In this document: positions 37,701 through 49,340 of the stretch, one piece after another | How the letters are laid out: each line of letters starts with the position of its first letter | Numbering within the stretch: the first letter of the stretch is position 1 | DNA from: Lingula anatina | Lineage: Eukaryota > Animalia > Brachiopoda | Length of the DNA stretch: 64,000 bases | Direction: 5' to 3' | Assembly (NCBI GenBank): GCA_051362555.1 | Contig: CM120643.1 | Location: 27,718,848 to 27,782,847 of the forward strand | Translations under genes and position numbers: made by a program | Notes under the pieces: generated by a model | The model's input: the letters and a program-made list of their open reading frames with translations, nothing else | Databases searched by the model: none | Told to the model about the DNA's origin: nothing

Positions 37701-38506
37701 TATCTTCACTGCTGTACATGACTGTAGTAAGACTGCCAACATGACAGTTACCAAAAGGAGAATAATCTGTCTCTCTGTCATAATGTTAACAAAACGATGA
37801 TAACTGAAAACAAAGGCAAGCAATGGTCAAAATAACTAGAATATGTGTGAATCATAAGTGCTGGCAACCTCCTCGTTTTCTTAGCTGTTAAATGCTTTAT
37901 AAGAAATTCTGTTAATTTTTTTTTTTTCATTTAAACAATACCATGATGTACGCTGGTGCCTTGTGTTCCTGTAACAGAAGCTGATATGTTACTACTGTCT
38001 AAATTGATACAATAGAAACACGCCAGGCAGCAGGTGACAAATTTCTCTCCTTAGTTTGATACTGATGATATTGACATTCCACAAGGGTGTCAAATTCCGA
38101 CAAGATGTCAAGTGTCATGTCAGGTGACATGTGACACTTTTCTCTCCAAAGTCTGGTGCTGTCAATGTTGATATCCCATCTATGTCAAATTTCAGGAAAA
38201 AGTGTTAAGTGTCACATGCCAAGTGACGAATTTCTCTTCTTTGTTTGGTATTGCGAATATTGACACTCAGCAACTAAAGATAAACATGCTAAATGTTGCA
38301 TGACATCCTTCTCGGACACTCCTGTCCCTCAATTGAAGTGAAAACCTCGTCACATGTCACCCTGAACCACTCGGCCTCAGGTTCCTGCACAAAATGTGTT
38401 AGGTGGGTATTGCCAATGTAGACATTTCACAAATATCTGTTGAACTTAAGAAGAAATGCAAAGTCAAGTGTCATGATGTGTCAAGTGTCAGATGTCACCA
38501 TGCCAT
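34740..38506 (-). other. Probable long 3' UTR of the NDRG gene
   Basis: Follows the stop codon; T-rich on the sense strand; several AATAAA signals (plus-strand tttatt at ~36872, ~35588, ~34801, ~34746). The true end is uncertain. Confidence 0.45.
38030..38500. repeat. Degenerate ~95-bp tandem repeat (3-4 units) rich in TGTCA/TGACA
   Basis: Recurring gtgac..tttctct...gt(t/c)tg(a/g)t..tg..aat.ttga..t block at ~38035, ~38131, ~38223, with a partial copy at ~38403. Confidence 0.6.
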
Positions 38507-38655
38507 CTAACACTCCGCCTCCTGCTCTTGCACCACTGGTGTCTGGTGTGTTGTTCCGGTGATGGAGCCACGCCCCCCTCCACCGGCCCCCAGAAGACTG
38601 GCCCTGGAGGCGGCGCTGCGGGACTCCATGATCTTGGTCTGACTCATGAATGGGA
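38507..38655 (-). CDS. NDRG: NDRG last coding exon
   Basis: Acceptor ctccag; PFMSQTKIMESRSAASRAS...VQEQEAEC then TAG. Confidence 0.88.
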
Positions 38656-39047
38656 CTGGAGGAGAGAAATAGTATAATTTTTTGGCATAAGAAGGTAAAT
38701 GGTTAAATCCTTAATCTTTTTTTCAACAAAATAATACAACTGGCTGACAGACCAAATCTTAGTCAGAGAGAGAGAGAGAAAATTAATGTCTTTTAATATT
38801 TCATCCTGCATCATTATCATCATTACCCTATCCTAATTTTTCCTGTACAACAAAAATCCCAACTTAACAAAAGGTACAACTAAAATAGAGTGTATTAATG
38901 TAAAATCAGCCTTCCAGTACATCAAGATCATCATCATCATCATCATCATCTTCATCCTCTTACTGCAGGTACTGATGATGATGGAGACAGAAAAATTTTA
39001 AATAAGAAAGAGAACATGGCCACTAGGTGCAGCCAGTGTATACTCAC

Positions 39048-39135
39048 CATATCCCAGGCCCTGTAGGAATAATCTGAAGGCATCACACACTTTCTCTGGT
39101 GCCTCCTCCAGGGGCATACCACCACAGTCTGAGAT
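39048..39135 (-). CDS. NDRG: NDRG exon
   Basis: cag/gtgagt; ISDCGGMPLEEAPEKVCDAFRLFLQGLGY. Confidence 0.92.
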
Positions 39136-39177
39136 CTGGAAAACAAAAATCATAGTGTATATATCTTATTACTGGAC

Positions 39178-39222
<45 letters not shown>

Positions 39223-39510
39223 ACCAAAACTAGCTGTAGTCAGAAATCTAGGGGCAGTGCTATGCATGTAACACTTGAAGACACCTAGAACTAAGAGGAC
39301 ACAGAAAGACAGGCCCCTTCACTAGAACTGATAATAGTAATTACAGACTCTTTAAGACTGAAGTCATTTAGTGACACAGGCCCCAGTGTGGTACCTAGTG
39401 CCTAGTTTCTGAAGTGTTGTAAGTATATAACTCAGAGACCAGAGAGAGCCAAGCCCACTCCTTGCTAAGACAAGTAAAGACATCAGTCACTTAGTGACCC
39501 AGTGTCTTAC

Positions 39511-39610
39511 CTTCATCCAGCTGGTTTTGCTGGGGTCAATCCTGGAGTTCATGTCCACCATGGCGTCCAAGTGAGGAGAGTTGTCTCCAGCCATCAACAG
39601 GACATCACAG
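39511..39610 (-). CDS. NDRG: NDRG exon
   Basis: tag/gtaaga; CDVLLMAGDNSPHLDAMVDMNSRIDPSKTSWMK. Confidence 0.92.
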
Positions 39611-39857
39611 CTACAATTAATTAATGTATTTGCTCACATTACAATTATTATTATTACTTCTGTCAAGAACTACATTCTCTTAATCAAGGCAAATGTACAG
39701 ACACTGAACAGGAAATAATAAATAATACTGATGGCGACAACTGATGCAAGGAATAACTGTGTCTAGACTATACAGACACTTTAACTCTTTAAAAAGCATG
39801 GACCTATTTCTATTTAGTAATTCTAATAACTGTGACATGGTTAGAGAGTCTACTCAC

Positions 39858-39944
39858 TCCAGTGCCCTGGCCCCTGTGTTCTTTCCTGGTGTGCTCTTAA
39901 CGCCAAGCTTTGGAAGGTCTCTGTGAACTGCTAGAGCTGTACGC
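39858..39944 (-). CDS. NDRG: NDRG exon
   Basis: cag/gtgagt; RTALAVHRDLPKLGVKSTPGKNTGARAL. Confidence 0.88.
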
Positions 39945-40250
39945 CTGAAAATAAACAGGAGAAACTACTACTAAACTTTCTATTCTAAATTATCAAGTAC
40001 CATTTCATCAAATACATGAATAAATATACAGATAAACACTGAAAAATACACAAATGAATAAATACTACTAATATAACATCACTGCATAATGATATGAATG
40101 ACAAATATTTCTGTTGTTGCTCTCAGGGCATTTTTACTTAGCCTGGCAACAATTATAAGATATCGATTTAATCTTGCATTTACCAAACCCATACTTGTGT
40201 AAGATACGAACACAGCATTATTTTTACAAGTCTTACACCAAATCTAGTGT

Positions 40251-40281
<31 letters not shown>

Positions 40282-40299
40282 CACGAGTGGTCCACTTAC

Positions 40300-40478
40300 T
40301 TTGTGTAGGACTCTATGAACAGTGCCAGGTTGTGAGGGTTGATGTGTTTCATGGTGTCTCTGTACATGCGAACCAGGTCGTAGTTTTGGTCCACAGTCTT
40401 CTGTCCAAACCAGTGCCACAAGAGATAGTCCTCAGTGAAACCAGTCATACTGCCACTCTTTAAGTACCATGTGTTTAA
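40300..40478 (-). CDS. NDRG: NDRG exon
   Basis: cag/gtaagt; LNTWYLKSGSMTGFTEDYLLWHWFG...NPHNLALFIESYT. Confidence 0.92.
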
Positions 40479-40781
40479 CTGAAATACACACCATTAAAAA
40501 TTTATTAACTATGTTCAGCATAAACCAATGACAGAGGAGTCAAGATTTCAGAGACAAAAGTGGACCTTTTGAAAAATTCCTCAAAATGCAAGCACTGAAG
40601 GTTCACAGTTCCTTTTGGGCATGGTGGTCCACTAATTAAACCCCCAAATATCCAATATTTCTGGATAAAAAATAGTGTGGAAGACTTTCATTCTAAGATA
40701 TACGCCACCTTGTGACTTGTGAGTGAACTGAACTTTGACCTATTTCGGATGAACTAACCAATGAGACGTGCTGTTACAAAC

Positions 40782-40868
40782 CTTCTGCCATCCCCACTCT
40801 GTCCATCCAGACACAGAGGCAGTACAGTTGACCAGTGCCAGGGCATCCACCTTCTCAGGGTGGTTTAG
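40782..40868 (-). CDS. NDRG: NDRG exon
   Basis: cag/gtttgt; LNHPEKVDALALVNCTASVSGWTEWGWQK. Confidence 0.92.
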
Positions 40869-41109
40869 CTGGAATGGTGACCAGTGTTATTATATAAGAT
40901 ACAATGTAATACATTAAGATAAAATGTATCCACAAAAGCTATTTTGCCATGTATTTTAAAATATTTATGTTACAATGTCTGTATACTTTATTTCCTCATG
41001 ATTTCTCTTTTTTTTTTTTTTTAATTTCACCTGTGTGTACATGTATGCAAGTGTTTATTTATCTATAGACATCTAAGTTTTTTGTGCCAATGTCTGTGTG
41101 CTTGAATGG

Positions 41110-41111
<2 letters not shown>

Positions 41112-41176
<65 letters not shown>
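41112..41176. repeat. (GT)n microsatellite
   Basis: Read directly from the sequence. Confidence 0.95.
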
Positions 41177-41179
<3 letters not shown>

Positions 41180-41262
41180 TGAGTGTTAAAGGTGGAAGGA
41201 ATCTTCAGTAGGTATCTTGGGGTAAGGATCCCCTTGAAGCCCTTTTTTATCAAGCTACTTAC

Positions 41263-41323
41263 AGCAAATCTAGTCAGGATGTTGGCACCAGCTCCCATAC
41301 CAAACCCTATGAAATGTTTGATA
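41263..41323 (-). CDS. NDRG: NDRG exon
   Basis: cag/gtaagt; IKHFIGFGMGAGANILTRFA (Gly at the hydrolase nucleophile position). Confidence 0.92.
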
Positions 41324-41589
41324 CTGAAATACATACATACACAACAAAAGATGATACAGTGATATATTACGTGCAAGACCATTCAACATGCTCAGAACTC
41401 AGAGAGGGGACAATAAAAATGTTCAGTGAAATCAAGCATCTGAAGTTCCAGGTGTTATTTTCACATATGTGTGCGCAAATAAGGTGAATTTTACACCAAG
41501 TCTAGTCAACTGATACCAGCTCTCTTTTATATTTGGAAATTAAAGGCAATTTTTTTAATAGGTGAACATACCAAATTACAAACTCTTAC

Positions 41590-41652
41590 CCATAAAACTG
41601 CAGCACAGGAAGTATCATTTCCGACAGCTCGTCCATGCTAGGAAAGTGGTAT
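41590..41652 (-). CDS. NDRG: NDRG exon
   Basis: aag/gtaaga; YHFPSMDELSEMILPVLQFY. Confidence 0.92.
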
Positions 41653-43188
41653 CTTAAATAACAACAAGATGAATGAACACAACAGGAAATAATGGTAATT
41701 TATTCAAGCACTTGTCAACATTTACAATACCATGCTGATTAATTCTGATTGGAGAGCAACTTTGTCTCTAAAGCAGTAACTGAGATCACTATTTTTTCTC
41801 ATCATTATTCCATTAACATTAATCACAATGTTATGTATAAATCAGATTTAAAAAAATCTTGGTTAGAAAATTTATATGATTGACTGAAACCATCTCCATT
41901 TTCCATTCATTCCTTTTTTCATTCATCGAAAAAAAAAAAAGTGGCCATTTAATTCTACAAAAAACAATTAACAAACCAACCACATTGGACAGAGAAACCT
42001 TGACAACAGACCAACATGAGAGGTTGTTTACCCTAGGCCTTTGCCAATCACATTCCCAGCTTTGGCTAACGACACCACACTGAGAGGCAGCATATGCAGT
42101 ATATAGACATATATGAGGCTAACATGTTGAACACATAGCCACAGTCCCAGGAGCCATGTCTACCAGTTTCTATATTTTCAAACTTCCACACATGCTGGTT
42201 TCTAGCATTTCAGGCCTTATGTATGGATTAGGCGTTTACAAAATGGAGCTTCGGATTTGTGAATACAAATGCCTAAATTAACAACTACAGCCACAAATGA
42301 TCTCCACAATGTAAAGTTAGTAGCCATTAGTACTTCAGGACCAACAAGCCATATATCCAAATTGTTTGGGAGGTCCAATGCTGCGCTCATGGCAAATAAT
42401 TTTACCTTGGGGTGCTCAATTCGTGGCTGTAGTCGTTTGTGCCCCAAATCTAAGGGTTGTATTAGCATGTGGCAATTGTCATTTATGAGGCCTGCATAAT
42501 AACATCAGCATTGTTTTCTTAAGTAACTGAATAAACTGATAATTAGCATGGCATAAGGTGGGTTCTGAAGTGTGTTAATTTGTGATTGGTACCATGAACA
42601 TCCACCAAAATGCCACCGATGGCCACAGTCTGATAAGAGCACACATATGGAGGTTTGAAAATGAAGAATCTAGAGCCCATAGGACCCGGGACAAGGTGTA
42701 TGAACATTCTGCCCAGAGCATACTTAACACCAAGGATATATCAGTTTATGTATAAGTATATACTAGTGAAGGCTACATATTTATAATTCCTACCATTTCC
42801 AACCTCACCAACACCTGTTTCAAGGTTTTCAACTCTAGGCAGAAACTGGATATTTCAAATAAATTCATCCCTGAATCAGTAAAATTACCACAACTCGGGT
42901 ACAAATGTTATTGGCAGAACAGTAATAGATCTCTTCTGCATAATATTACTCAGCATGTCAGGTACCCAGATAGATGAGGGGGGAGGGCAACTCATGAAGG
43001 AATACCAATGAAATAGCTCTAAATTCTGCCATATTTCACGTGGTAAATAAGGTATGAAATAACTGATTACTAACAGGTAAGGATAAAATAGTTTCAGTGG
43101 CAGGTGGTTTTTGCTTTCCCTTCTTTTTTTCCTACAATTTTTTTCTCTTTCTGGCAATTTTATCAGTGTTCTCCCTGACATCTCATAC

Positions 43189-43242
43189 CTTTTATCTGCT
43201 CCTTTGACGAGAGGCATTGCTGGGTCGTCGTGTGGCTCCGTA
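43189..43242 (-). CDS. Candidate NDRG cassette exon, 54 nt (TEPHDDPAMPLVKGADK)
   Basis: ttttgcag acceptor, AAG/gtatga donor, phase 2-2, stop-free, GC-rich island. Confidence 0.7.
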
Positions 43243-46200
43243 CTGCAAAATGGACTGACTAACGGTGATGATGCCAGTATAAAATGTATCAGTAGCACAC
43301 TAGCCTACTAGTAAATATAAAGTTTGCTCACCAAAGCCAGTAGCCACAACCAAGAGGAGAGAGATACATAGCAACAATACCCAACATCCAGGAAGGGTGG
43401 GTGGGGGTGAGGGTGGTTAAACACCCCATTTATATAGCTAAGCAATACAGATTTTTAAGGAGGGAAGGGGGAAAGAAGCTTTTGTTCAATTCTTTTTATA
43501 TAAAATTTTTTTGAAATTTAGGTAGCATTTGTATAAGTGAACACAATATAAAAGACTGCAAGGGGTTGGAGAGACAGTCACAACATTTACTGAAGCAAGC
43601 TTTAAAAAATATCACAGACCATAACGTAAAGAGGCCAAAGTTGGATATTTTGTTCTTGCATTATAAAAAGTACCAAAAGAGGATTCAAAAGATTTGGTCA
43701 AAGGTACCAAGAGTTAACTAGTCTGAAGTTGGAAAAACCCTGAAAAATTCTTATTTCCCTTCACCACAACTCAATGTAAATAAGATGCTTCAGAAAATTA
43801 GGATCATCAAGTTTCCAAATTAAAACCAAAAAAAAAAGTTAAAATCATTACGTAAACTTAAATATGATATACATGCAATTACCATTCACTTTGCTTTGAG
43901 TATGTTATCCAATATTCAATCATTTCCTTTGCCCATCTTGTTTAAAAAGTCTATTTTAACATTTGAAAATATTCATTTTTTTTTCTTTTTGTAAGAGCAG
44001 GGGGTGCCTCATGGGTAATAATGTAAAATGCAATATTTCACATTTGATAAACTCTTCTCAAGTTACTAATTAAGTGGGCTAGTACCATGTCTCAGAAGCA
44101 GCAGCTGTTTTATAATTCTAAAGATAACCCACACCATACCTGTCCCAGCTGACAGAGAACAACTCTCTTCAGCTTCAGTTGACAGAATAAGGCCCCATGG
44201 GGAAATAAACAGCATGACAAGGCTATACAGCTAAAGCTACCTGAACAAGCTAGAGATCCAATGAATGAAGCCAGCCAAACATCGTCCTACAATTGCTGTG
44301 ATTGCTGCTGACAAAACATGATACTGCTGTGGCTGTTAGCACAACATGTCCCAGTGGCTGAAGTTGGCATAATGTGGCCCTACAGTCACGCCTTTAAGCA
44401 CTATTACTAAAACTAGAGCAAAGTCATCTAATGTTGCAGTTGGTGAGACACGAATCCCAAGTTCTCAAACCAGTTAAGCTAAAACTATGATTGTCTTAAG
44501 CTGCAGTACACACAGCAACCCTCCAGCTAAAGTAGACACTTAGTCCTACAGTTTCTTTTAAAATGGGCAGAAAAAGTTCATCCTAAAAATGCGATGAACA
44601 GGCCACAAAGCATTCTATTCTCCAACTGCCCAATATACTAGCGAGAGAAATATACTCAGCCCAAACTGGCTGCCATCTAGCAGTCTGGTTACTACATGTA
44701 ATTGACTTGGGGTTTACAGGCAGTGCTGCCACACTGGAGACTGAAGATAAAGATGGAATCATAATTAACTCTCATATCAGAGATTATATTTCACCACTTA
44801 CAAGCCAAGAGGCTTCTTAAGTGAACTGAACTTGGTGGTGATCTCTGTTTCAAACAGAAAAGAGTGAATTATAATTCCATCTTTTTTTTTTAGTTTATAA
44901 AGAACTGCATGAATCAAAACTTTCATCCTAGCACAGGAGAATGGATAAAACATCACCCTGACAACAAAGCTCTGACTAACATGTAACACAACATAAGTGC
45001 ACTATGCCAAATAGCATATAGCCCAAACTACAGATAAACCACTGGTGAACATACACAGTGTTGCAACACTGGTACAAAAACAGCATCTTTCACAGCATTA
45101 AAACACTGGGACACAGAAACCATTGCATCTACACAGCAGAGAGGGAAACACCACTGCACAAAAAAACAGGAGCAATATTATTAACTTTAAGTACAAGCTC
45201 ATCATTATCTTCTGCAGCAAACATTTATCATAGTGGGAACTAGTGACAGTTTTCTATGAAATAATTTTCTGGGAAAAATAATTAACTATTGTCTTATCTT
45301 TAGACACCTTACAAATAATCATTTCAAGTTTAACTTTGTAAATAAAATTACTAAAATAATTAAACCTAATACAAAAATGTGATTATTATGTCAAACAAGC
45401 ACGCTGACACTCATGCCAAAAATTAAGCAGGAGACACACAAATAAAAGATGCGACAAACTGTCAAACGTAAAAATACCAAAGCAAAAAGAAAGGGTATAT
45501 TTACTTCATATTCCTGTAAAGAGAAATTGAAAAAAGAAAAAGAAAAAATAAAATAATTAAAAAGTGTAGAAACAAAATGATTAATCAGGCATTGCATGAA
45601 GTACGCAAGGTCATTACTGAAACTAATTTATTCATCATTGAAAACAGTCTATTTTTGACAGGAAGTACACACACCAGTTTTTTGACAGCAAATACAGACA
45701 CCATTTTGGCAGGACATACACGCCAATGTGTTTTCCACATTAACATCTCTCACAACTGTATTTTGTCAATACTTTGCCACATGTATTCTCCAATGGTAAT
45801 AGGAAACTGATCAATACAAAAATTAAACTACTTGATGGGATGCCAAATCATACAGTACACATGTGGTAAACATAGCCAGAAAGATGGATAGATACCCCCA
45901 CTAACACAAAGATATCTACATCATCCGCTGTATCTGTCACTCAAGCAATCAATAAACAAACAACATTTTGACTTTCTAAAAGGAAAATATCAAAATAAGA
46001 AAAAAAATGCTTTTCCTCCTCAAACAGTTAGGAGCCTAACCAATTAAATATTTTAAGTTTTTTTAAATCAAAAGCATGAGTGACACAGACATGCAGGACT
46101 CTCTTTCCCAGATTTATAACTCACTTGTCCAAACTAGTCGCTAAACGAAACAACTGGCAGCCAATCAATCAACTTGCTATATATCAAAATGGAAATTTTA

Positions 46201-46565
46201 GACCCCCAACATTGCCAATATGCTGGCATGGAACAGAAACGGCCAAATCAGTCAAATCAGTGACCATTTATCAATTGGGTTTTTTCATAGGAAAAACTCA
46301 TACACGTTCAGGATCATCATCTTTTTTATCTCAGCATGCAAGTAACACATCTTGAATCATTCGGGAAGCAATGGACTCACAGACAAGATGAACTTTATGA
46401 TGTATATCTTCGTCATTATTTAACTCCAGTCAGGCACCATTACTTAAATCACTTATTTAAATAAAGTTTTATAGCAAACATGAAAGGACACGATGTGAGA
46501 ATATGGCCGTGAAAACGGATGTCCGTGTGCATGCGAGTGTGTATTTGATCACACACTCACATGCA

Positions 46566-46596
<31 letters not shown>

Positions 46597-47767
46597 GCAT
46601 GCATACACATATTAACTTTATCCTTGCCAGGAGATCCAGTTAACAGTAATCACAGTGAAACTGAGGAGAAAAAATCAATACAAAGTGGTGGTACTCTGGG
46701 AACCCAGTTTGACAGGAAGGAGTCTGGGGAGATAGAGATGTGTGAGTGCAGGAAACCAAATCACTGTCCATCTGGACAGGTTGGAGAGGAAAAGGACATC
46801 ACATGTTACATGAAAAGGGATGTTTGCAGGCAGTGCTTTCTGTAAAAGAGAGAGAGAAAAAGAGAGAGAGAGAAAGAGAGAAGGAGGGTTTCTGATTGTG
46901 CAGAAGGTGGGCGTGTCTTCCATTACAAGGTGGGGAATGCACTATAAACCAAAATACATAAAATACTCAAAGGACAATAAAATCAGTCATCCATGAATGT
47001 CAGTTAAACCAATCCCCAAATACAGTGTTGTGTTTTTGATCATTTCTGAGGAGCCAGGCCAATGCAATTAAATCAAATGTCAAATTTCATGATGTCGACT
47101 AATTTGTGATATCTGTGTCAATATCTTTGGATAAAGCTCCCACTATACCAGCTGAAGTTTATATAAGTGAGGAGTTATCCAGCTTTTTGCCAAAATGCCG
47201 TCAAAATTGTCAGTAGGATTTCTTTCATTAAAGATTTCATGAATCACATAAATCAAACCTACAACCACAGCTTAATAAGCCTTTCAGCAAGCAAGGGTAT
47301 AGGTTTACACAGTGGAGTACAGACATGATATATAAGATAAAAGTTAATAATTAAGTGGAGTAAGTGTCCAGGTAATAAATGGATAAGAAATAAGAAAAGA
47401 ACATAGATGTGAAAGGAAGCTTAATCTGCAACACTGGTCACTGGTCTTAGAAAACTGACCAAAACTAGCCACTTGTCCACATAAACTGACCAGTGGCTTT
47501 GGCTAAAACTGGTAAAAATTACGAAATTTTTGGAAAATTTTACTGTCATCTTAAATATTCTTCCTTACTAAATTTTGACTGGGACCATCACAATAAGTAA
47601 TTAACCAATTTCCGTACTATTTAGTTTTTTATCTGTCCATACAATTTATTAATTCTGATTGGGACAATCATTCTCTGAAGTCTGGCAGTCTCAGTGACCA
47701 GTAGGCTGTAAATATTCAGGTGCAGACCGTAAAATAGACAGCAATTAATAAAGACGGCAGGTGCAAA

Positions 47768-47802
<35 letters not shown>

Positions 47803-47873
47803 AGGTGAGAACCAGGATAACATCACAGACAGGAGGGTGATAGGTATAAAGTCTGGAGTATATTTATACTTAC

Positions 47874-47918
47874 AGCTGGGGGGTTAACCCCACGGTATCC
47901 CCTGTCTCCTGGTTTGAG
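47874..47918 (-). CDS. Candidate NDRG cassette exon, 45 nt (SNQETGDTVGLTPQ)
   Basis: Pyrimidine tract with two TGC motifs then ctcag; gtaagt donor; phase 2-2; stop-free. Confidence 0.68.
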
Positions 47919-47954
47919 CTGAGCCAGAAAGCAAGCAAGAAAGACAAGGTATAA

Positions 47955-48648
47955 GCTACAACAGGTTGCCAATGACAACAGGAACAATGTTACAACATCA
48001 GCCTAGACAATATCGTGTCAGGTTGCCAATGGCAACAGGAACAATGTTACAACATCAGCCTAGTCAATATTGTGTCAGGTTGCCAATGGTAACAGGAACA
48101 ATGTTACAACATTAGCCTAGACAATACTGTATCAGGTTGCCAATGACAACAGGAACATCACTCACATCAGTCTAGACAATATTGTGTCAGGTTGCCAATG
48201 ACAACAGGAACAACTTCTACAACATCAGCCTAGACAATATTGTGTCAGCTTGCCAATGACAACGGGAACAGTGTTACAACATCAGTTTAGACAATACTGT
48301 ATCTGGTTGCCAATGACAACAGGAACAACTCTCACATCAGTCTAGACAATATTGTGTCAGGTTGCCAATGATGACAGGAATAACTGCTACAACATCAGCC
48401 TAGACAATATTGTATCAGGTTGCCAATGACAACAGGAACAACTCTCACATCAGTCTAGACAATATTGTGTCAGGTTGCCAATGACAACAGGAACAACTGC
48501 TACAACATCAGCCTAGACAATATTGTATCAGGTTGTCAATGACAACAGGAACAACTCTCACATCAGTCTAGACAATATTGTGTCAGGTTGCCAATGACAA
48601 CAGGAACAACTGCTACAACATCAGCCTAGACAATATTGTATCAGGTTG
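47955..48648. repeat. Minisatellite, ~55-58-bp unit x ~12, each unit carrying GTTGCCAATG(A/G)(C/T)AAC
   Basis: Unit caggttgccaatgacaacaggaacaa..caacatcagcctagacaatattgtgt; the later units alternate between two variants. Confidence 0.95.
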
Positions 48649-49281
48649 AGAAGTGCAACTATCCACAATGAAACTATCCGTACAGCCAAATACTAGAAAA
48701 CATTTTTGTTTCACATTCCTAAGCTGAAAGCAGGCATGTTATCAATCTTGTCAACTATATATCTTTACATTTTTTTCTTCAAATTCCTTGAAATTTCTTT
48801 GATTTTTTCCATTTTATACAAATCTTTTTAGTCTGTATGAAAAGTTATCACAAAGGGTGCTTTTTTTTTTACTTCATTACAATTATAAAAATAATTCATT
48901 AATTATGAAAATGAAGACATTTTTGGAGGAGATGAGGTAGGGGTTGGGTAAATGCAGCACTGATTACTAATAGTTTAAAATGTTGATTATCCATCCCTAG
49001 GACTTGAAGTAAATTTCTCCTGATTGAAGTGAAATTTTCACATTAACAGTCATATCTTTGTTTCTCCTCATAGCTTGGTAGTAAAATGGTGTTATTGTGA
49101 CACCAGAATTCATATATAAACATGAGAACCAATTTGAAAGCTTCCCATCACCTCAGTATCTAAATATTAAGATTACCTCACAGAACATTGATCACTGTGC
49201 CCAATGAGGATTTTAAGATGTTAGTTATATTAGAGGACGCAATTTTATGGGATTTAGGTAAGAAAAATTTTAGTGGTTCAT

Positions 49282-49283
<2 letters not shown>

Positions 49284-49338
<55 letters not shown>
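49284..49338. repeat. (AT)n microsatellite
   Basis: Read directly from the sequence. Confidence 0.95.

Positions 49339-49340
<2 letters not shown>

Noticed and set aside
47420-47730. Possible degraded DNA-transposon remnant (tctgca...gtgcagac ends); similar remnants at ~14750-15270
   Set aside because: TIRs and TSDs are too decayed to define boundaries.
47955-48648. Palindromic repeat array as CRISPR-like
   Set aside because: The inter-palindrome segments are themselves repeated, so it is a minisatellite rather than a repeat-spacer array.
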